From positions 1-64,000 of IMG/VR virus record IMGVR_UViG_3300042305_001986: a stretch of DNA of 64,000 nucleotides, one strand, 5' to 3'. The notes below the pieces were generated by a model. It was not told the origin of the DNA. It saw only the letters and a list, made by a program, of their open reading frames with translations, and did not search any database. The DNA comes from a virus. A program made the position numbers and the translations under genes. This document shows positions 48,394-58,509 of the stretch, in pieces. How positions within the stretch are numbered: the stretch's first letter is position 1; every line of letters begins with the position of its first letter.

Positions 48394-49213
48394 TTTTTTT
48401 ACTAGATAAATATGTTGTAATATAATTATTAATGTCTTTTGAGACTTTTCTTATCGAGTTTTCGTCAACTAATGAACCGAATTCAACCTCAATAGAGACA
48501 GTAAAACGTATTAAATAAAACATTCCGTTGTCCCAAGCAAGCTGTGTTGAATTGTCAACTTCACCATTTTCGATTAACTCTTTTGTGTCCTCAGCCAATT
48601 GAGAAATCATTTTGGTGACATTTAAAATATATCCATTTCCATCTTCACGAACACCCGATCCATCGGGGTATCCCAAATAATCACTGATTGTCTGAAATAT
48701 TTTGGAATTTATTTTATCTTTTATTGAAATTTTAATTGCTGTTTCTATGAATATACAAATTATAGATTTTTCATAATCCGAAAAATTCTTAATATTTTTT
48801 TTGTTTTCAGAAGATATTACATCATTCCAATAATCATAACAATCTATGTCCCAAAACCCTTGTGTTAACCATCTATCTTCTTTTGTCTCACGATCAAAGA
48901 ATATCTCAAAATCTCTTAACTTATCAATACGATAGAAATATTCATCACCATCCTTTGATAAACCCCTACTATGATCATCCAACACTTCGAATATAAGTTC
49001 ATTAAGTTCCTGATCACCGACAGATGTAACATATTTTAATGTTGATGCTGGATATTGGTGATATAGATCAAGTAAAATAGAGGTAGGAATTGAATCACCA
49101 CTCGATTTAATTTTTTTATAAAAAACTTCAATATTACCACCGAAAAAAGCCTCGATAAATTCTACGAGACTTTTATCGGTTTCTTGTGATAACTCAATAA
49201 ATTTTTCAATCAT
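48368..49213 (-). CDS. Hypothetical protein
   Basis: 281-aa ORF with TATTTAT immediately upstream. Confidence 0.6.
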   Translation of the reverse strand: MIEKFIELSQETDKSLVEFIEAFFGGNIEVFYKKIKSSGDSIPTSILLDLYHQYPASTLKYVTSVGDQELNELIFEVLDDHSRGLSKDGDEYFYRIDKLRDFEIFFDRETKEDRWLTQGFWDIDCYDYWNDVISSENKKNIKNFSDYEKSIICIFIETAIKISIKDKINSKIFQTISDYLGYPDGSGVREDGNGYILNVTKMISQLAEDTKELIENGEVDNSTQLAWDNGMFYLIRFTVSIEVEFGSLVDENSIRKVSKDINNYITTYLSSKKNERTTKST

Positions 49214-49228
49214 ATAAATAAATATAAT

Positions 49229-49681
49229 TTACACCAACAATTTTACGGGTGTTTCCATCTTTGAAAGATGAAATGAAAAATACCTGTTGGATTTAAAACT
49301 ATTTTTTGTAATATATTTACAGATTGTTGTTAATGATTTTTTTAATTGTTCTGATTTGAAATCAATATATTCATCCAAAAATAATGTGATTTCCAAATTC
49401 ATAAAACTCCTCTTCCCTTCCTGAATTCCTGAGGTTCTAAGATCCAAATCGACGATTGTTCTTCCGTTGAATATATTCAGATCTATTGAATCCAATAATT
49501 TGTGTTTAATGTCCCTTCTTAATGTATTGACCACCGATGACCACGATTCAAGATCCGTTATTGGCTCCACCCACGCCTGAATGACCAAATAAATTGATTT
49601 CATAGATTTAAAATCTACCGTTCCATAATTTATTTTGAAATCTTTAAATCCATTAATCTTAATTGATTTTCCCTTCTTCAT
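49229..49681 (-). CDS. Hypothetical protein
   Basis: Clean ORF (MKKGK..IVDLDLRTSGI..RSFMNLEITL). Confidence 0.65.
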   Translation of the reverse strand: MKKGKSIKINGFKDFKINYGTVDFKSMKSIYLVIQAWVEPITDLESWSSVVNTLRRDIKHKLLDSIDLNIFNGRTIVDLDLRTSGIQEGKRSFMNLEITLFLDEYIDFKSEQLKKSLTTICKYITKNSFKSNRYFSFHLSKMETPVKLLV

Positions 49682-49791
49682 AAAATTCCTTCATATGTAA
49701 AAACGTTTATTTTTCGAAAAACATAATAAAAATAAGGGTTATTGTCAAAATTTCGTAAATTCGTTTGTATTTATCGTTACAAATACAACTT

Positions 49792-49977
49792 ATGATAATA
49801 GTAGAGGTAAATAAAAAAAATATAGAGGCCGCTCTGAAAACTTATAAATATAAAGTTTATAAGACCCAAGTTCACAAAAAACTGTGGGAAAATAAAGAAT
49901 ATATTAAAGATTCAGTGAAAAACAGAGAAAAGATGAATAAGGCCATCTATGTAAACGACAAGTTTAAGAAAGATTAA
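49792..49977 (+). CDS. rpsU: Phage-encoded 30S ribosomal protein bS21
   Basis: MIIVEVNKKNIEAALKTYKYKVYKT..EYIKDSVKNR..KAIY fits the bS21 pattern (I(D/E)xALKx(F/Y)KxK..(F/Y)xKPSVxRR); ATG 49792 follows TATTTAT 49768-49774; located in the head module. Confidence 0.8.
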   Translation: MIIVEVNKKNIEAALKTYKYKVYKTQVHKKLWENKEYIKDSVKNREKMNKAIYVNDKFKKD

Positions 49978-50645
49978 ACTATCTCGTTCAAGAATTTCCT
50001 GAGTTCAAACAATGAACGGTGGGATTTATCATAGGACCCCAACTTTGATTTCAACTGATCCAATTTATCTTCTTCTATAGTATTTTTCTCAAATACAGAA
50101 ACAATTTCAGATTTAGTTTCCTCAATTAAGTTTGTCAAATCACCTTCAGTTAATTCCTTCATTTCTTTGAGTAATGAAAGTTCTTCCTCTGAAAGACTTT
50201 CTAAGATTGGTTTGATTTTGGAATTTGCAATATCCACTTGCATAGATAAAGGAAGATAAATGGTTTCGTTTACCTCATCTTTTTTTTGAAGATTTTCCAA
50301 CAAAGAAAGTTTTGTCTGAACCTTTTTTTCTATGTTTGTTGAAAAGATCAAATTATCAATAGATTCGTAGTTATTGAATCCCTCAGACAAATACTTTTGA
50401 ATATCTTTTCTTTTATATAATTCTTTTAATCTATCAATAGATTCATTAAGGAACATTTCACTGAATTCCTTGTCATATCCTTTTTTGAATGACAATTCAT
50501 AATAGATATTTGTCGCCTCTTTCAAGTTCTTATTTTTTAAGACGTGATTCTTAAATTTGGTAAATGAACTTTTGAAGGTTCCTTTTTTATAACCTTCCAC
50601 CAATTCATTTTCGAGTTGGGTGATATAACTTCCTAATGTTTTCAT
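49974..50645 (-). CDS. Hypothetical helical protein downstream of portal
   Basis: Clean ORF; TATTTAT at 50651-50657. Confidence 0.65.
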   Translation of the reverse strand: MKTLGSYITQLENELVEGYKKGTFKSSFTKFKNHVLKNKNLKEATNIYYELSFKKGYDKEFSEMFLNESIDRLKELYKRKDIQKYLSEGFNNYESIDNLIFSTNIEKKVQTKLSLLENLQKKDEVNETIYLPLSMQVDIANSKIKPILESLSEEELSLLKEMKELTEGDLTNLIEETKSEIVSVFEKNTIEEDKLDQLKSKLGSYDKSHRSLFELRKFLNEIV

Positions 50646-50657
50646 ACTAAATAAATA

Positions 50658-52535
50658 TTATGATTTTAGTAACTCGTTCAATTTTTGATCAATCTCCTCT
50701 AAAGATTTTTTAGCTTTGTTAATGTTTAGTTCAACAACACCGTTTAACATACTATCTTCAAGGATTAAATTCTCATCTCTTTCCTTGGATTCGGGAGTTA
50801 CTTCTGCGGTGGGAGTTTCTGTTTCAGCACCACCTGTTTCAGCACCACCTGTTTCAGATGCGGGTTCGGGTGTTGTGGTTCCGCCACCTAAATCACCAAA
50901 ACCACTTAAATCAGGACTTGTTGTTTCTCCACCACCGGGTGTTGTTGCCTCACCAGCACCCGCTTCACCTTCCTCCTTTGGTTTTCCATTACCGTATAAC
51001 TTGTCAATATTGTCAAATATACCTGTTTTAGTAATTACATTCGGAGTTTCCTCAAGTTCCTTAGCTACAGCTTTTTCAATTCTTTGTTGTTGAATATCCA
51101 ACTTAATTTCTTCATCACTGAATCCAAGAATGTGTTTCTTAGCCCAAGAAGCAGATACCGCTTGAATACCATTTCCAGGATCAGTAACCGCGTCTCTGTA
51201 AAGTGCAATTTTAGATTGAAGTTGTTCAATCTTCAACATATCCTGTTGTGTTGATGGGTTTGTTAGACCCAAAGTGAAGTTATTAAGTTCGTCCTCAAAT
51301 CCCAAGATATATAGATGAATAATCGCGATTTTATTCAATTCTTGAATCATCGCTTGTTGAATTCTATTAATGGTTCTTGAGAATCTAATATCCAAAAGAG
51401 AAAGATTCTTACCATCACCAACCACTTCTTCAAAACCAAGGAATGCTTTTGGTATTCTCAAAGCAGTTAACAATTTCTTTTGAATATATTCAATATCCGC
51501 AATTTCACTCAGATTTTGAGCACCCGGTAAAGTATCAATTGGATTTGGTGCGTTTGGATCACGAACAGGAATAAAATAATCTTGGTCTACAGCCATCTGA
51601 TTATATCTCATATCAACATTACCATTCTTGGGATCCACAATTTGGTCTCTCTTGAATTTGTTGGCAACTCTCTGTACATACGCTTCCACATCTTTGTCAT
51701 CCATATTTCCAACAAAAACTTTAAAAACCCTTCTTTCAGGTGCTCTTGATGTTCTATAGATCAACATCGCATCTTCAGACAAAAGAAGTTGTTTCCAAAC
51801 CCTTCTTGCTTTTTCTAACATAGAAGTTCCATAAGGTAATTTTGAGTCGTCACCCAAAAGTCTAAAGTGAGCAACCTCCCACGTATTGAATTCTATATTT
51901 TTATTTTTCCATGTGAAAGTCAAGTGAGTGTTTTCAACACCGGTATTCATTGCAACGGTATTAACAACCATACCCCTCTCAAATCTTTCGATTTCAATAT
52001 TTGGTAGTTGTTGTGCTCCGACAACACCTTGTTCAGGATCAATCTTTAAGTAGAGAAAATTATCACCATACTTACAAGTGTTTCTTGTCCACATAGGTAA
52101 GTTGGTGTTGATGTCCAACTTGTTATTGAACAAGTCGGCCAAAATACTTTTGATTCTATTAGATTCTGAATATATTTGAAGAATAAATCCATTTTCGTTC
52201 GGAGTGGTTGATTCCTCGGCATAAATGTCCAACGCTGCGGATATTTCGGGTGTAAACTCCATAGATTCATAGTCATAATATGAAGCCAACCTTGTTGGTT
52301 CATAATATACGGCTTGTGTGTAAAGATTGTTTTCAACCTTTGACCATTGGTTTGCCAAATACAAACTCTGTTGAGCTTGAAGTTTTTCCTTCTCGTATTC
52401 CCCTTTGGATTTGGTTCTTAAAATTTCTTTTTTATCAAACCTATATTGAGGAACTTGTTGATCCAATGTGGAATCTGGTCCAAAGACCCTTGAAAGTCGT
52501 TGCCAAATTGTATATTGTTGATTAGTTTGTGCCAT
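50658..52535 (-). CDS. gp20: Portal protein (T4 gp20-like)
   Basis: PEISAALDIYAEE, EDAMLIYRTSRAPERRVF, DYFIPVR..IDTLPGAQNL..DIEY. Confidence 0.95.
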   Translation of the reverse strand: MAQTNQQYTIWQRLSRVFGPDSTLDQQVPQYRFDKKEILRTKSKGEYEKEKLQAQQSLYLANQWSKVENNLYTQAVYYEPTRLASYYDYESMEFTPEISAALDIYAEESTTPNENGFILQIYSESNRIKSILADLFNNKLDINTNLPMWTRNTCKYGDNFLYLKIDPEQGVVGAQQLPNIEIERFERGMVVNTVAMNTGVENTHLTFTWKNKNIEFNTWEVAHFRLLGDDSKLPYGTSMLEKARRVWKQLLLSEDAMLIYRTSRAPERRVFKVFVGNMDDKDVEAYVQRVANKFKRDQIVDPKNGNVDMRYNQMAVDQDYFIPVRDPNAPNPIDTLPGAQNLSEIADIEYIQKKLLTALRIPKAFLGFEEVVGDGKNLSLLDIRFSRTINRIQQAMIQELNKIAIIHLYILGFEDELNNFTLGLTNPSTQQDMLKIEQLQSKIALYRDAVTDPGNGIQAVSASWAKKHILGFSDEEIKLDIQQQRIEKAVAKELEETPNVITKTGIFDNIDKLYGNGKPKEEGEAGAGEATTPGGGETTSPDLSGFGDLGGGTTTPEPASETGGAETGGAETETPTAEVTPESKERDENLILEDSMLNGVVELNINKAKKSLEEIDQKLNELLKS

Positions 52536-52575
52536 AGTAATTAAAATAGTAGTTTTTTCAATAAATACAATATTA

Positions 52576-54345
52576 TTATCTTCTCATTCCTCCGAAGAGC
52601 CATAAATATTTCTCTACGTCTTTCTGATTGTAACTTCGATTGGAATCGTTATTTGTTTGACCATAATACGATGGAACACTCGGATTCATAAAGTCAGTTT
52701 TATATTTTACACTTTCATTTACCGTCCAAGAATCAATCATTGCTTTTGCTTGTTCGGTAACCTTTGTGAGTTTGGAAAAACTACTTTCACCAACATATAA
52801 AGCCATAGCAACAGACATAATCAAGTCGTCATGTTGTCCTTTGATATGGTCGGGTCTTCCGTTTATGTAAACAAACGTCAGTAATTCATTATATAATCTT
52901 GATGATCTTATCTTAAACCCGTGTCTAATATATTCTTCAAAAGTTGCAATAATCTGAACCCTTTTGTTGTTAAAATTAATTCCCGGTATTTTCTCTTGTG
53001 CTTTTGGATCATATTTCCATATATCAGTTGATACTTGACCATCAATATAAAGGTTTTTATACCCCAACTCTTGCATCTTCCTTGCAGTTGATACACCCAT
53101 ACCACCCGTAATGTCAATAACCACAAATGCGTTGTATCTTTGTGCCCATTTTAAGGCAATTTCAGCGGCAATATCAGGTGGAACTTTGTCCAAAAATTCA
53201 ACAACCTGTTCTCTTGTATCAAAATCAACTATATTAAAGGTTGTAAAGTCCTCTGAATCACCTCTTGACACATCCACACCCATAATATATTTGTGATCCA
53301 ATATTGGATCCTCCCAAACCCATAACGCCCCTCCCATCATCTTGTCTTTGGGTTCTTTAATATCATTTTTCTTGATTTTTTCCATAGTTCCAGAGTCAAT
53401 GACATTGTCACCCGAACCAAGAAAGTTACACTCCAATTCTTGAGACACCTTTCTTCTATCGTATTTCAACTTCTTAACCATAGTTTCAAACCAAGAAGAA
53501 CAAGGTTTATAACCTTCATTGATTTTTTGAATAACAAATTCAAGATCCAAATCCCAACCCGCACCATCCAACCTAATTACGTGTTCCTCTTCAGAATATT
53601 CTTCTTTATTTAACAAATAATGAACTATATCTTTGGTTTTTACTAAATAAAGGTCTTTGGTATATCTTGGATCTCTATACCAATACATTTCAGATATTTT
53701 GAAATCATTCATACCCCGTAAAGCTTGATCGTAAATTGAATAATAAATTTGATCAAATCCGTTGGGGGTTGAAATAACTATAACTTTACCACCCGTTGAG
53801 AGTGAGGCCATACAAGCCGCCCAGAAATCATCATCAGCTTCAATATATGCCGCCTCGTCGAATACAAGAATAGTTGGGGTATAACCTCTCAATGCGTCTT
53901 TTGATGTTGCAACCGCTTTTACTTCACAACCATTTGTCAATCTGAAGTGACGTTGGGAGTTTTTTTCCGATGAAAAACTAACGCCAAACCAATCGGGCCA
54001 TTGCTCTTGGAACGATCTGATCTTATCTGCCATACCGACGGCAGTATCAAGTTTGTTTGCGATGATCAATATCTTTTCAGGTTTTCCCTTCGGAGCCGTG
54101 ATCAACTTTTTGGAAATCCAAGCTGCGGTGACAGTGGAAACTCCCGCCTGTCTATATTTTAATGCAATATTTTCCTCAAATTTTTCGAAATCCTCAATCA
54201 ATTTCACTTGGTCAGGAAACAACTTCAGGGGTACGAACCCCTGAACTGTTTGATCATAAGTTTTCAAATATGTTTTTAAGGCATATTCAGGACTTTTGAC
54301 ACATTTGGCATATTCTAATAATACCTGTTCTCTTGTTAAACCCAT
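52576..54345 (-). CDS. terL: Terminase large subunit (T4 gp17-like)
   Basis: LKYRQAGVST (Walker A), LVFDEAA (Walker B), ISTPNG, GVDVSRG nuclease motif, HDDLIM. Confidence 0.95.
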   Translation of the reverse strand: MGLTREQVLLEYAKCVKSPEYALKTYLKTYDQTVQGFVPLKLFPDQVKLIEDFEKFEENIALKYRQAGVSTVTAAWISKKLITAPKGKPEKILIIANKLDTAVGMADKIRSFQEQWPDWFGVSFSSEKNSQRHFRLTNGCEVKAVATSKDALRGYTPTILVFDEAAYIEADDDFWAACMASLSTGGKVIVISTPNGFDQIYYSIYDQALRGMNDFKISEMYWYRDPRYTKDLYLVKTKDIVHYLLNKEEYSEEEHVIRLDGAGWDLDLEFVIQKINEGYKPCSSWFETMVKKLKYDRRKVSQELECNFLGSGDNVIDSGTMEKIKKNDIKEPKDKMMGGALWVWEDPILDHKYIMGVDVSRGDSEDFTTFNIVDFDTREQVVEFLDKVPPDIAAEIALKWAQRYNAFVVIDITGGMGVSTARKMQELGYKNLYIDGQVSTDIWKYDPKAQEKIPGINFNNKRVQIIATFEEYIRHGFKIRSSRLYNELLTFVYINGRPDHIKGQHDDLIMSVAMALYVGESSFSKLTKVTEQAKAMIDSWTVNESVKYKTDFMNPSVPSYYGQTNNDSNRSYNQKDVEKYLWLFGGMRR

Positions 54346-54348
54346 CCA

Positions 54349-55638
54349 TTAATTTAAACTTATTCCGAGATTAGAGAGGAAATTATCCAAGTCTTCATCA
54401 TCATCTTCTGAACCCATAGCATCTTCATATTCTTGATCTTTAAGTTCCTGAATTATCTCTTTTACCATTTTGTCTACAATTTGCTTACCTTTTGGTGTTT
54501 CTGCGAGAATTTCTTTCATAGTCTTGAAAAACTCGTCAGTACTCAGAGAGGCAATTCTCGATTTGAGATAGAACTGAATGATTTTCTTGTCTTCGTCAAA
54601 TAGTTCATCAGGATATGCATTTACCAATTTTTCATAAATGATCGGTCCGACTCTCATATCCCAAATTTCATCTGGTAAAGTGTCTGCAACCCCCATAACC
54701 ATTTCTGCCGATCTTGGATCGTCAGGTAAACCCTGAGTCATAACCAAATCGTTCACACCTTTAAGTAATTCATGAATTAAAAGTGGAAACCATGTGGCCT
54801 GTGCTTTTACGGTTGGAGGATCTGTAGTTTCGTCAACTTCCTCTTTACCCATCATTCCTTCACCACTACCTGCCATATTCAACATTTGTTGGTTAGGCAT
54901 AATCCAATATAGATAGTCAGCATATGACATTATAACACCATATAATCTTACCAAATCAGGATTCAATCTATCTAATTCTGGAACTACAAGTTGATACATG
55001 TAGTGACCTTTTTTTGCACCACCCTGAATCAACGCATTTAAAATTCTTCTTTTTGCGGTTTCCGCGTTAAAATTCTCCATAGAATTCATAAATGACATAA
55101 AGTCATCTTGAAAATCTTCTTCTTCGTCCTCTTCACCTCCGAATTGTTTTTCAATTTCATCCTCATCGTACTCTTCTGGTTTAGAACTCATACCTTGTTT
55201 TGAAATTTCACCGGGACTAACTAAGTCCGCTTCAAAATTTACTTGATCTGTAATACCGGTCTCCTTCTTTACTAAATCAATTGCTAAATTTTCCAAATAT
55301 TCTTTGTGACTAGATTGAATCTGTAGAATTCTATTCGATGCACCCATAACCAAAGTCTGTAACTGCATCATACCATTCATTCCCGATAAATTTCTTACAC
55401 CTGTAAGACGTTTCAAGTTTTCGATAACATCCTTAAATCTTTTACTCGCAATAATTTGTTCGAAAGAATCAGGTATTCCATCGTTATTTTTATCGGGAAG
55501 TGCGGGATTTTTACTATAAGGTGTTTCCCCCCTGTTAAAAAGATCTTCCAAAGAAGGATCCATTCTTTCAGGACCATCATATCTTATCGGAGCCTCTAAT
55601 AAAGCCTTTCTTACTGTATTTTTTAAATCCTGTCTCAT
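54349..55638 (-). CDS. Hypothetical protein upstream of terL (429 aa)
   Basis: Long clean ORF; N-terminal LLE|AP. Confidence 0.65.
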   Translation of the reverse strand: MRQDLKNTVRKALLEAPIRYDGPERMDPSLEDLFNRGETPYSKNPALPDKNNDGIPDSFEQIIASKRFKDVIENLKRLTGVRNLSGMNGMMQLQTLVMGASNRILQIQSSHKEYLENLAIDLVKKETGITDQVNFEADLVSPGEISKQGMSSKPEEYDEDEIEKQFGGEEDEEEDFQDDFMSFMNSMENFNAETAKRRILNALIQGGAKKGHYMYQLVVPELDRLNPDLVRLYGVIMSYADYLYWIMPNQQMLNMAGSGEGMMGKEEVDETTDPPTVKAQATWFPLLIHELLKGVNDLVMTQGLPDDPRSAEMVMGVADTLPDEIWDMRVGPIIYEKLVNAYPDELFDEDKKIIQFYLKSRIASLSTDEFFKTMKEILAETPKGKQIVDKMVKEIIQELKDQEYEDAMGSEDDDEDLDNFLSNLGISLN

Positions 55639-56627
55639 TATTTCTCCGCCTTTGGTTTTGGTTTATGCTTTGGTTGAAATGGAGTTTTTCTTTCAGGTTT
55701 GGATGGTGCGACATCTGGTTTAACAGGCGCCGGTTTTGTAAATGGTTCAGATTCAAAAATTTCTGAATAACTCATCCAATCAGGTAATTCTTTTCCTGCC
55801 TTTGGTTTTGGTTTGTGTTTTGGTTGGAAAGGTGTTTTTCTTTCAGGTCTCGACGGAACAACACCAGGTTCCTTTACAGGTGCGGGTTTTGTTAAAGGTG
55901 CTTCATTAACTAATTTAACTAAGTCACCTTTGGTAATACTCGCAGGAATATGTTTTTTAACAATTTTCATTACACTTTCCTCCAAAGATTTGAGATTATC
56001 TTCTTTCACTTTTTCGGGTAGTTTTTTGAAGTTAGTGTGTTGAGCAAATTCGTCAGCCATATTACACCATTTATTTCTTTCTTTTTTACTTAATGATTCA
56101 TCGTTACATTTGGCAAAAAAGTATTTTTGTTGTGATTTGCTTTGAAATTTTTCTTCAATTTCACCCTTTTCACCATTTGATTTTTTTGATTTAATGATGT
56201 CTAACATAAGATCAATTTCTTCATCAGATAACTCATTCATCATTGATCTATTATTGTCCGAATCATCATCCATACCATCAGGTGCCATGTCGTCAGCATC
56301 ATGTGGTCCTTGTTGACCTGTATAATCTTGTCTTGTGAGAGCAGTCAAATCATCCTGATTTTCTTTCATTTCACCCTCACCCGAAACAACAGTCAAAGAT
56401 CCATCTTGACCTGGAACAACTTCACCATTATTCACAGCCAATCCTGTTCCTTTATTTTTCATAGCTTCAACTTCCCCTTTTGTATAAGTTGTTTTTTTCA
56501 CAACAGAAGTTTGAGCTTCATTCAATATTTTTTTTGCCAAAATATTTCTTTGGTTTTCACTTAAAGAACGAATTGTTTTGATTGAAAAACCTTCATCAAG
56601 TAAGACTTTGATATTTTTTTTGTTCAT
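55638..56627 (-). CDS. Putative internal head protein with duplicated Lys/Pro-rich tail
   Basis: Several (I/L/V)xE sites; KFQSKSQQKYFFA; two copies of TKPAPVK..PERKTPFQPKHKPKPKA. Confidence 0.65.
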   Translation of the reverse strand: MNKKNIKVLLDEGFSIKTIRSLSENQRNILAKKILNEAQTSVVKKTTYTKGEVEAMKNKGTGLAVNNGEVVPGQDGSLTVVSGEGEMKENQDDLTALTRQDYTGQQGPHDADDMAPDGMDDDSDNNRSMMNELSDEEIDLMLDIIKSKKSNGEKGEIEEKFQSKSQQKYFFAKCNDESLSKKERNKWCNMADEFAQHTNFKKLPEKVKEDNLKSLEESVMKIVKKHIPASITKGDLVKLVNEAPLTKPAPVKEPGVVPSRPERKTPFQPKHKPKPKAGKELPDWMSYSEIFESEPFTKPAPVKPDVAPSKPERKTPFQPKHKPKPKAEK

Positions 56628-57019
56628 GGTGTTTGTAATATTTTTTCCTCTGAAAGAACTATATCTCTTTCGTAAAATTTATCCTTTATTATAGAAATAT
56701 CATCTCCAAATCTAAAGACCAATCTTTGGTTTCCTTCATATCCCGAATCTTCAGATTCCCAAGCCAAAGAAATGACACCATCAACGGCATCGTACATATT
56801 GAAGTAATCAGAATTACGAACAAGTTCCAACTTGATGTCGGAACTGCTCAGTTTTAAAACACAATGAATGAACTCCAATAGGGGAGGAAATGGTCTCCCT
56901 GAGGCGGGACTTACATCCCAATCTTCACCGTAGACCTCTTCGTTTTTTGAGAAAATAAATTCGTATGTGTTATTTCCTTTATAGTCAGGTCCAAGTTCAT
57001 TCACATAAACGAGTTTCAT
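56624..57019 (-). CDS. Hypothetical protein
   Basis: Coupled ORF. Confidence 0.65.
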   Translation of the reverse strand: MKLVYVNELGPDYKGNNTYEFIFSKNEEVYGEDWDVSPASGRPFPPLLEFIHCVLKLSSSDIKLELVRNSDYFNMYDAVDGVISLAWESEDSGYEGNQRLVFRFGDDISIIKDKFYERDIVLSEEKILQTP

Positions 57020-58260
57020 TCCAAAAATCCTTTTTGATTAATTTTGAATTCTTCACCATTAATCTTGACAACGATATTTTTCTTGTTTGTTCTTCCGATT
57101 AACTCAACCTCTTTGAATTCCTTGATGATTTTTTTGGAAGCAACTTCTTGTTCATATGTTGTAGCCATTTTGTTGACTGACTCAATCATAAGTTGTTTCT
57201 TTTTTTCGTTTTTGATTTTGGTTTCCTGAATAACGGATTCACTCAAGTATTTGTTAATAGTTTTTTCAACCTTCGATTCTGCAAATATTGAATCCATAAT
57301 CTTATCTAAGTCACTTTTTGGTTTCTCCATCATATAATCACCGCCCTCACCTAGCTCCTCTGTTTTTTCAGGAGATTCTGGTGTTTCTTCAGTACCCATT
57401 TCCATATCTAATTCCATATCCATTCCACCCCCATCTTCATCCGCGGTAACGTCAACAGATGTATCCTCCAAACCATAATCAATTTCACCCTCCAATCTTT
57501 CAATAACTTCATCTTTATCTTCTTCTTTGAATTTTTCTAAATCCATCGCCGAAAGAATCGAATTAATAACATATTTCATATTCGAAGAGTCCAACCCTTG
57601 GGTAGAATCCAATTCTCTTAATTTTTGAGAGAGTTTGCCTGTAATTTTTTGAATTGTTTTGAAGTCGGTTCCTTCTTCACCTGATGGTGTTTCCATTCCC
57701 ATGTCAGGAGTTTTCTCTGTACCGGCGTCCATACCTAAATCGAAATCTAATTCGGATCCTGTGTCAGATCCTGCATCCATAGATGGTTCTGCCGGCATCT
57801 CCAAGTCAGTTTGAGCTTCTAATCCTGCGTCCATGCCAAGATCTGCAGATGGTTCATCATATGTTGGTTCAGGTGCGGATTTGGGTGTTTTTAAAACAAA
57901 TTTCTTTTGTTCACCAAAAAGATTTGTTTCTTCATTCACACCTTGAGTATAGTTAACCTCACGAGCCAACAAATTCAATCTCTTAAGTGCTTGAGAATAC
58001 GAATTATAATATCGTCTATTCTTCATAGGCTCAATGTATTCCTCAACACCTTCGTTGATAGATTTTTTTATAATATATCCAAGCTTTTCTTTGGCTATGA
58101 CATACTTTACACCATCACTTAATGTTTTGGAATATTCCACGCTAGATACTTCGTTAACTACCTGCTTTGGAACTTCTTTATATCTTGCGATCTCCAAGAT
58201 TCTTCTGATTTTTTCATCCCCTTGAAGTCTTTCGCTTCCTAATGGTCTCAAATCTGACAT
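57016..58260 (-). CDS. Acidic putative prohead/internal protein (414 aa)
   Basis: D/E/M-rich low-complexity centre resembling the scaffold. Confidence 0.6.
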   Translation of the reverse strand: MSDLRPLGSERLQGDEKIRRILEIARYKEVPKQVVNEVSSVEYSKTLSDGVKYVIAKEKLGYIIKKSINEGVEEYIEPMKNRRYYNSYSQALKRLNLLAREVNYTQGVNEETNLFGEQKKFVLKTPKSAPEPTYDEPSADLGMDAGLEAQTDLEMPAEPSMDAGSDTGSELDFDLGMDAGTEKTPDMGMETPSGEEGTDFKTIQKITGKLSQKLRELDSTQGLDSSNMKYVINSILSAMDLEKFKEEDKDEVIERLEGEIDYGLEDTSVDVTADEDGGGMDMELDMEMGTEETPESPEKTEELGEGGDYMMEKPKSDLDKIMDSIFAESKVEKTINKYLSESVIQETKIKNEKKKQLMIESVNKMATTYEQEVASKKIIKEFKEVELIGRTNKKNIVVKINGEEFKINQKGFLE

Positions 58261-58285
58261 TTGTATTTTTTGTTAATTTTTAATT

Positions 58286-58471
58286 TTATGAATTTAACCC
58301 TCGAAAACCTCCAAGAGTAACGGCGTTACATTGATATGCAATTTCTGTTGTATTATCTCCCTCTGTCCATAATGGAGTAGGAATTGAGTAGAAAGGAGCT
58401 GCGTCATTTCTTGCCACACTTATTCTGTTTACGTTAGCGTAGTTTGATTGAGTACAAGCGGTTATTGCCAT
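58286..58471 (-). CDS. Small hypothetical virion protein (61 aa)
   Basis: ORF preceded by three TATTTAT copies (58483-58505). Confidence 0.6.
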   Translation of the reverse strand: MAITACTQSNYANVNRISVARNDAAPFYSIPTPLWTEGDNTTEIAYQCNAVTLGGFRGLNS

Positions 58472-58509
58472 TATAGTTTTTTATAAATAAATATAGAGAT
58501 AAATACAAA

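Noticed and set aside
50821-50856. 15-nt tandem repeat (GGAET x2) in the portal gene
   Set aside because: Ordinary low-complexity duplication in the disordered acidic C-terminal tail.
44206-54345. Introns, inteins or homing endonucleases in capsid, portal or terminase genes
   Set aside because: ORFs are continuous with expected motif spacing; no intein or endonuclease motifs noticed.
54349-55638. Small terminase or HExxH metalloprotease call for the gene upstream of terL
   Set aside because: Too long for a typical TerS, and the motif is IHELLKG, not HExxH; left as hypothetical.
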